This document shows positions 60,933 through 64,000 of a DNA stretch of 64,000 nt, in pieces. Position 1 is the stretch's first letter, and each line of letters starts with the position of its first letter. The DNA is taken from contig CP147778.1 of the NCBI GenBank assembly GCA_037305845.1, positions 2,912,001 to 2,976,000 on the forward strand. Reading direction: 5' to 3'. The notes under the pieces were generated by a model. It did no database searches. It saw only the letters and a program-made list of their open reading frames with translations, and was not told where the DNA came from. The translations under genes were made by a program, and so were the position numbers. This DNA is from Candidatus Freyarchaeum deiterrae. GTDB taxonomy: Archaea; Asgardarchaeota; Jordiarchaeia; Jordiarchaeales; Jordiarchaeaceae.

Positions 60933-61724
60933 TTAAAATTTCACGTCCTTTTTGAGAATGGCCGTTTTTTTAGCGCAGGTTTTGAGCAGTGTTTTTGTTC
61001 CGCCTGCCTGGCTCACGATTTGTAGCATTTTTTGGGTATCGTAAATTTTTACTCCCATCACTGCTGTGGCACCTCTTCTAAATAGGGGTTGAGGAACGAA
61101 GCTAGCCGTGGGCCCCAGGAGCACCACTTCACGCTCCTCCGCACAGTTTTTTAGTATGTTGCCCACTGATCGATTAACTAATGTACTCCCGGTGATTATC
61201 GCGATATCGGCTTTGGAGCTCAGTTTCTTGAGCTGTGTTTCTTTGACAACCTTAACCATTGGGTTTTGAATATCTATTCTCTCTATAACTGTTATATCTG
61301 ATGTTTTTTCCATTAGTTTGGGGATTACCGGAGCCATGTATCCCACCATTAAAATTTTGTCTCCGGATTGGACTAGGTCTAATACATCTACTTCTGTGAA
61401 AGGGTAGAGGTGCGGCTTTTTATTGAAGGCGATTTGTGAAACAGCGTTAATAGTTGCGACGCCTATAGCTGCCGTTACTAGGTCTGGGGAAGTTGCTAGG
61501 TTCATCATGTCCCTAGCTTTTGAGTTTTGCAATTCTCCAGACTTTTCAATAATCTTACAATCAGAGGAATCTTCTCTAAGAACGTGTGCTAATCCTCCTT
61601 CTCCAGTTGAGAGCACGACTCCTGCATACTCAAGCCCTATTCTTAAATCGCTAACCAAGACTTCTTCTAGATGCGGAGCTAACTCATTTTCCAAATAGTT
61701 AATTAAACTCTTTGCAGAGTCCAT
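60933..61724 (-). CDS. DUF364 / Rossmann-like putative heavy-metal chelation protein
   Basis: AIGVATINA, MVGYMAP, IITGSTLVN and LLGPTAS motifs. Confidence 0.88.
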   Translation of the reverse strand: MDSAKSLINYLENELAPHLEEVLVSDLRIGLEYAGVVLSTGEGGLAHVLREDSSDCKIIEKSGELQNSKARDMMNLATSPDLVTAAIGVATINAVSQIAFNKKPHLYPFTEVDVLDLVQSGDKILMVGYMAPVIPKLMEKTSDITVIERIDIQNPMVKVVKETQLKKLSSKADIAIITGSTLVNRSVGNILKNCAEEREVVLLGPTASFVPQPLFRRGATAVMGVKIYDTQKMLQIVSQAGGTKTLLKTCAKKTAILKKDVKF

Positions 61725-61823
61725 AGATAAAAACTTCCAAACAATCACTCAAAATGGTATGTATGTGCACTGTATGGAAATCGTCAAGAAAATTAATTGA
61801 AGAGTGTTAATAAAAATTTGGTT

Positions 61824-63437
61824 TTAGCCGAGTGCCCCTCTAATTTTTCCCGCGTATAAAATTAGTTTCTGGGCGATTTCGACCATTTCCTCTCCTTGGA
61901 TAATGTCAAAGAGTCCCTCTTTTTTGATGTCTCCCTTTGAAAGAGTGCGTGCTGAGAGATAGTCCGATATCATTTTAACAACTATTTCATAGGATGGATC
62001 GAGATTTGCGTCCAGATTGATGAACTCTTTAATTTGTCTAAGGTCCTCTTTTACTTGCTCGGTGATTCTTTTTGGTAGTACTTTTTGCGAAGCGTCAATA
62101 CATAGAAAACGAGAGGCGTATTTCAGGGAGTCTTTTAGAGAAGAGCAATAGACGTCCAATAGTTTTTCCAAGGCTTCGCTCTTCCATTCATTAACCGCAT
62201 TTAATCCCCTACCGGTTCCAATGAATTCGGGGGGGAGGCCTATACTGTAAAGTGTGGCTGTGAAGGGAATAGCTTCCACTGGGGGTTCAATTTTGAGATT
62301 CTCCATTTTGAGAAGCTGCTTGGATACTTCTTTGTCTGTGCACATTTTTGCCAGCTGTGTTATCATTGTTTGACAAGATTGGTGGTTTGTGTTTTGAGAG
62401 CTTGTTGGCTGGTCTCGTCTTGGGGGAACGAGTTCAAATATTCTAGTATCGAGTAGAATTTCGTAGAGGCTTTCGTAGTAATTGGCTGTGAATATGCCAA
62501 TTATGTTTATGATTTCACTTTTATCTTTTTTTGAGAAGGTTTGTGGTTTTTGAGATTGTAGTTTATCTTTCAGTAGAAAAATCATCTTTTGAGCGTCTCT
62601 TCTATCAATATCATGTCTTATACTTGAGGGAATTGTTATTGTTCTTATTCCTGAATAATCGTTTAAAATTTTGTCGAGATTTTCGGGATTAACGAATCCT
62701 CTGAATGGTAGAGAACCTGCGTTTAATATGGGAAATGTGTGAGTGCTGAGTTCTTCATCAATTGTTGCAAGATCCGATACCGCAATTTTACTAGCGAGTG
62801 TTGATGGTACGAGTCCGCAGTGAACTGCGCAGTCGGATCTCCCGAGAAGTATTCTCAAATAGTCTAAAGGATTCCTAGAGGAGGAATATACTTTGAGATA
62901 TTCTGAAATAATATTTGAAGTGTTTAATAAGGACGGCAGATCCTTGATATTTGGAATAATTTGAACATCTTTGAGTTTAGCTGCTGCGTCTATCGTTTCC
63001 AAAATGTAATTTTTAAGTATGTTGAAACTCATTTCGATGCGTGCGAGTTCCATAGGCGGCTCTGTCAAGGGGAGGATGACCTCATAGATTGCCCCTCCAT
63101 TAGTTTCGTTTCTTAACATGTAATTTACTTCAATGATTTTTTGGAATATGGCCATCCTTCTGAAACCATGCTCATAATTACCAAATGGAACACTTGGTGT
63201 AATGTTAATATTAAAACTAGGGGTTAACCCCTTATCCATTAATCTCTTAACTACCTTCTCTATTTGTTGAAAAGGAGTCATTTTCTCTGAGAAGTCTATA
63301 ACAAGTTCCTCTGCTCCAACCCCTCCTTCTTCCTTCGAGGACAAGCAGTCAATTGCCTCATCTATCTCCTTGTCAAAACTAATGTAAGCGGTGGCAGAGC
63401 TCGAATCTTGAGTTGCCATAGTGGCTGGAATGCGCAT
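61824..63437 (-). CDS. ppcA: Archaeal-type PEP carboxylase homolog with degenerate active site
   Basis: IPATMATQ, GRSD, GSLPFRG, FTATLYSIGLPPE and C-terminal RGALG retained; the HPD and PRAI motifs are altered. Confidence 0.85.
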   Translation of the reverse strand: MRIPATMATQDSSSATAYISFDKEIDEAIDCLSSKEEGGVGAEELVIDFSEKMTPFQQIEKVVKRLMDKGLTPSFNINITPSVPFGNYEHGFRRMAIFQKIIEVNYMLRNETNGGAIYEVILPLTEPPMELARIEMSFNILKNYILETIDAAAKLKDVQIIPNIKDLPSLLNTSNIISEYLKVYSSSRNPLDYLRILLGRSDCAVHCGLVPSTLASKIAVSDLATIDEELSTHTFPILNAGSLPFRGFVNPENLDKILNDYSGIRTITIPSSIRHDIDRRDAQKMIFLLKDKLQSQKPQTFSKKDKSEIINIIGIFTANYYESLYEILLDTRIFELVPPRRDQPTSSQNTNHQSCQTMITQLAKMCTDKEVSKQLLKMENLKIEPPVEAIPFTATLYSIGLPPEFIGTGRGLNAVNEWKSEALEKLLDVYCSSLKDSLKYASRFLCIDASQKVLPKRITEQVKEDLRQIKEFINLDANLDPSYEIVVKMISDYLSARTLSKGDIKKEGLFDIIQGEEMVEIAQKLILYAGKIRGALG

Positions 63438-63662
63438 ACAGAAGCCCCTTTTAACCTCTTATATCCTAACTTTTTTGTACTCCTCGTTAATAATTACCGT
63501 ATATTAACAAAAAAACTTTACCTTAGGAAAACAGTTACAATAATTGAACATAATTAATTCTAATCCTTAAAATTAATCCATACACAATGCGTAACATTCC
63601 TAATTTATCTTTCCTTTTCACAGGGATACCTGTTTAAAAAACGACTGCAACGGTGTAATACC

Positions 63663-64000
63663 ATGTCTGAGGTCTGTATAAGGGAGTATAAAGTTGAGGA
63701 CGGGGATGATGTGGAAGAGCTTTTCCGTTTCCATACTGAAAAACACCTACGGAAAACCACCTCCTTCTTTTACAAAAAGGCTTTGGACGGAAAGCCGCCT
63801 GATAACGTAATAGCGGTAGTAGCAGTTTTTAAAGACAGAGTTATTGGCTTTAGTGGAGTTCAAATAGTTAGTAGCACAGTAACCAATCATCCGGTCACAA
63901 TAGTTCACAAAGATTTTAGAAGCAGAGGAATAGGCAAAATGCTTATGAGGAAAAAATTGGAAATAGCACAAAAGAAAGGGCTTCGGGAGTATAACTCAAT
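63663..64000 (+). CDS. GNAT acetyltransferase (3' partial, absent from the ORF track)
   Basis: Manual translation MSEVCIREYK...VHKDFRSRGIGKMLM contains the acetyl-CoA-binding motif. Confidence 0.85.
   Translation, partial: MSEVCIREYKVEDGDDVEELFRFHTEKHLRKTTSFFYKKALDGKPPDNVIAVVAVFKDRVIGFSGVQIVSSTVTNHPVTIVHKDFRSRGIGKMLMRKKLEIAQKKGLREYNS

Overview
This is archaeal chromosomal DNA, most consistent with an Asgard archaeon. It carries a Rab-like small GTPase beside longin/roadblock-fold proteins, an archaeal-type ThrRS and PpcA, TATA/SD signals and frequent TTG starts. No rRNA, tRNA, CRISPR array or intact transposase was recognised. The first 16.5 kb holds the most unusual content: a zinc-ribbon cluster, a CDC48-N-domain/vWA fusion lacking an AAA ATPase, a 1399-aa GCS2/YbdK-type carboxylate-amine ligase fused to Ig-like repeats and a long basic disordered region, and a longin-GTPase-wHTH module. 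The rest is mostly acyl-CoA/aldehyde/alcohol metabolism and housekeeping genes, plus a VapBC pair, three tandem MFS paralogs, a surface glycoprotein and two rubredoxins missed by the ORF track. Other leads are a three-member Cys-rich V4R-like paralog family, a PEP carboxylase homolog lacking key catalytic residues, a ~110-nt structured intergenic RNA candidate and a perfect 9-9-9 inverted repeat in the hsp20 promoter. All family assignments come from motif recognition by eye, not database searches.
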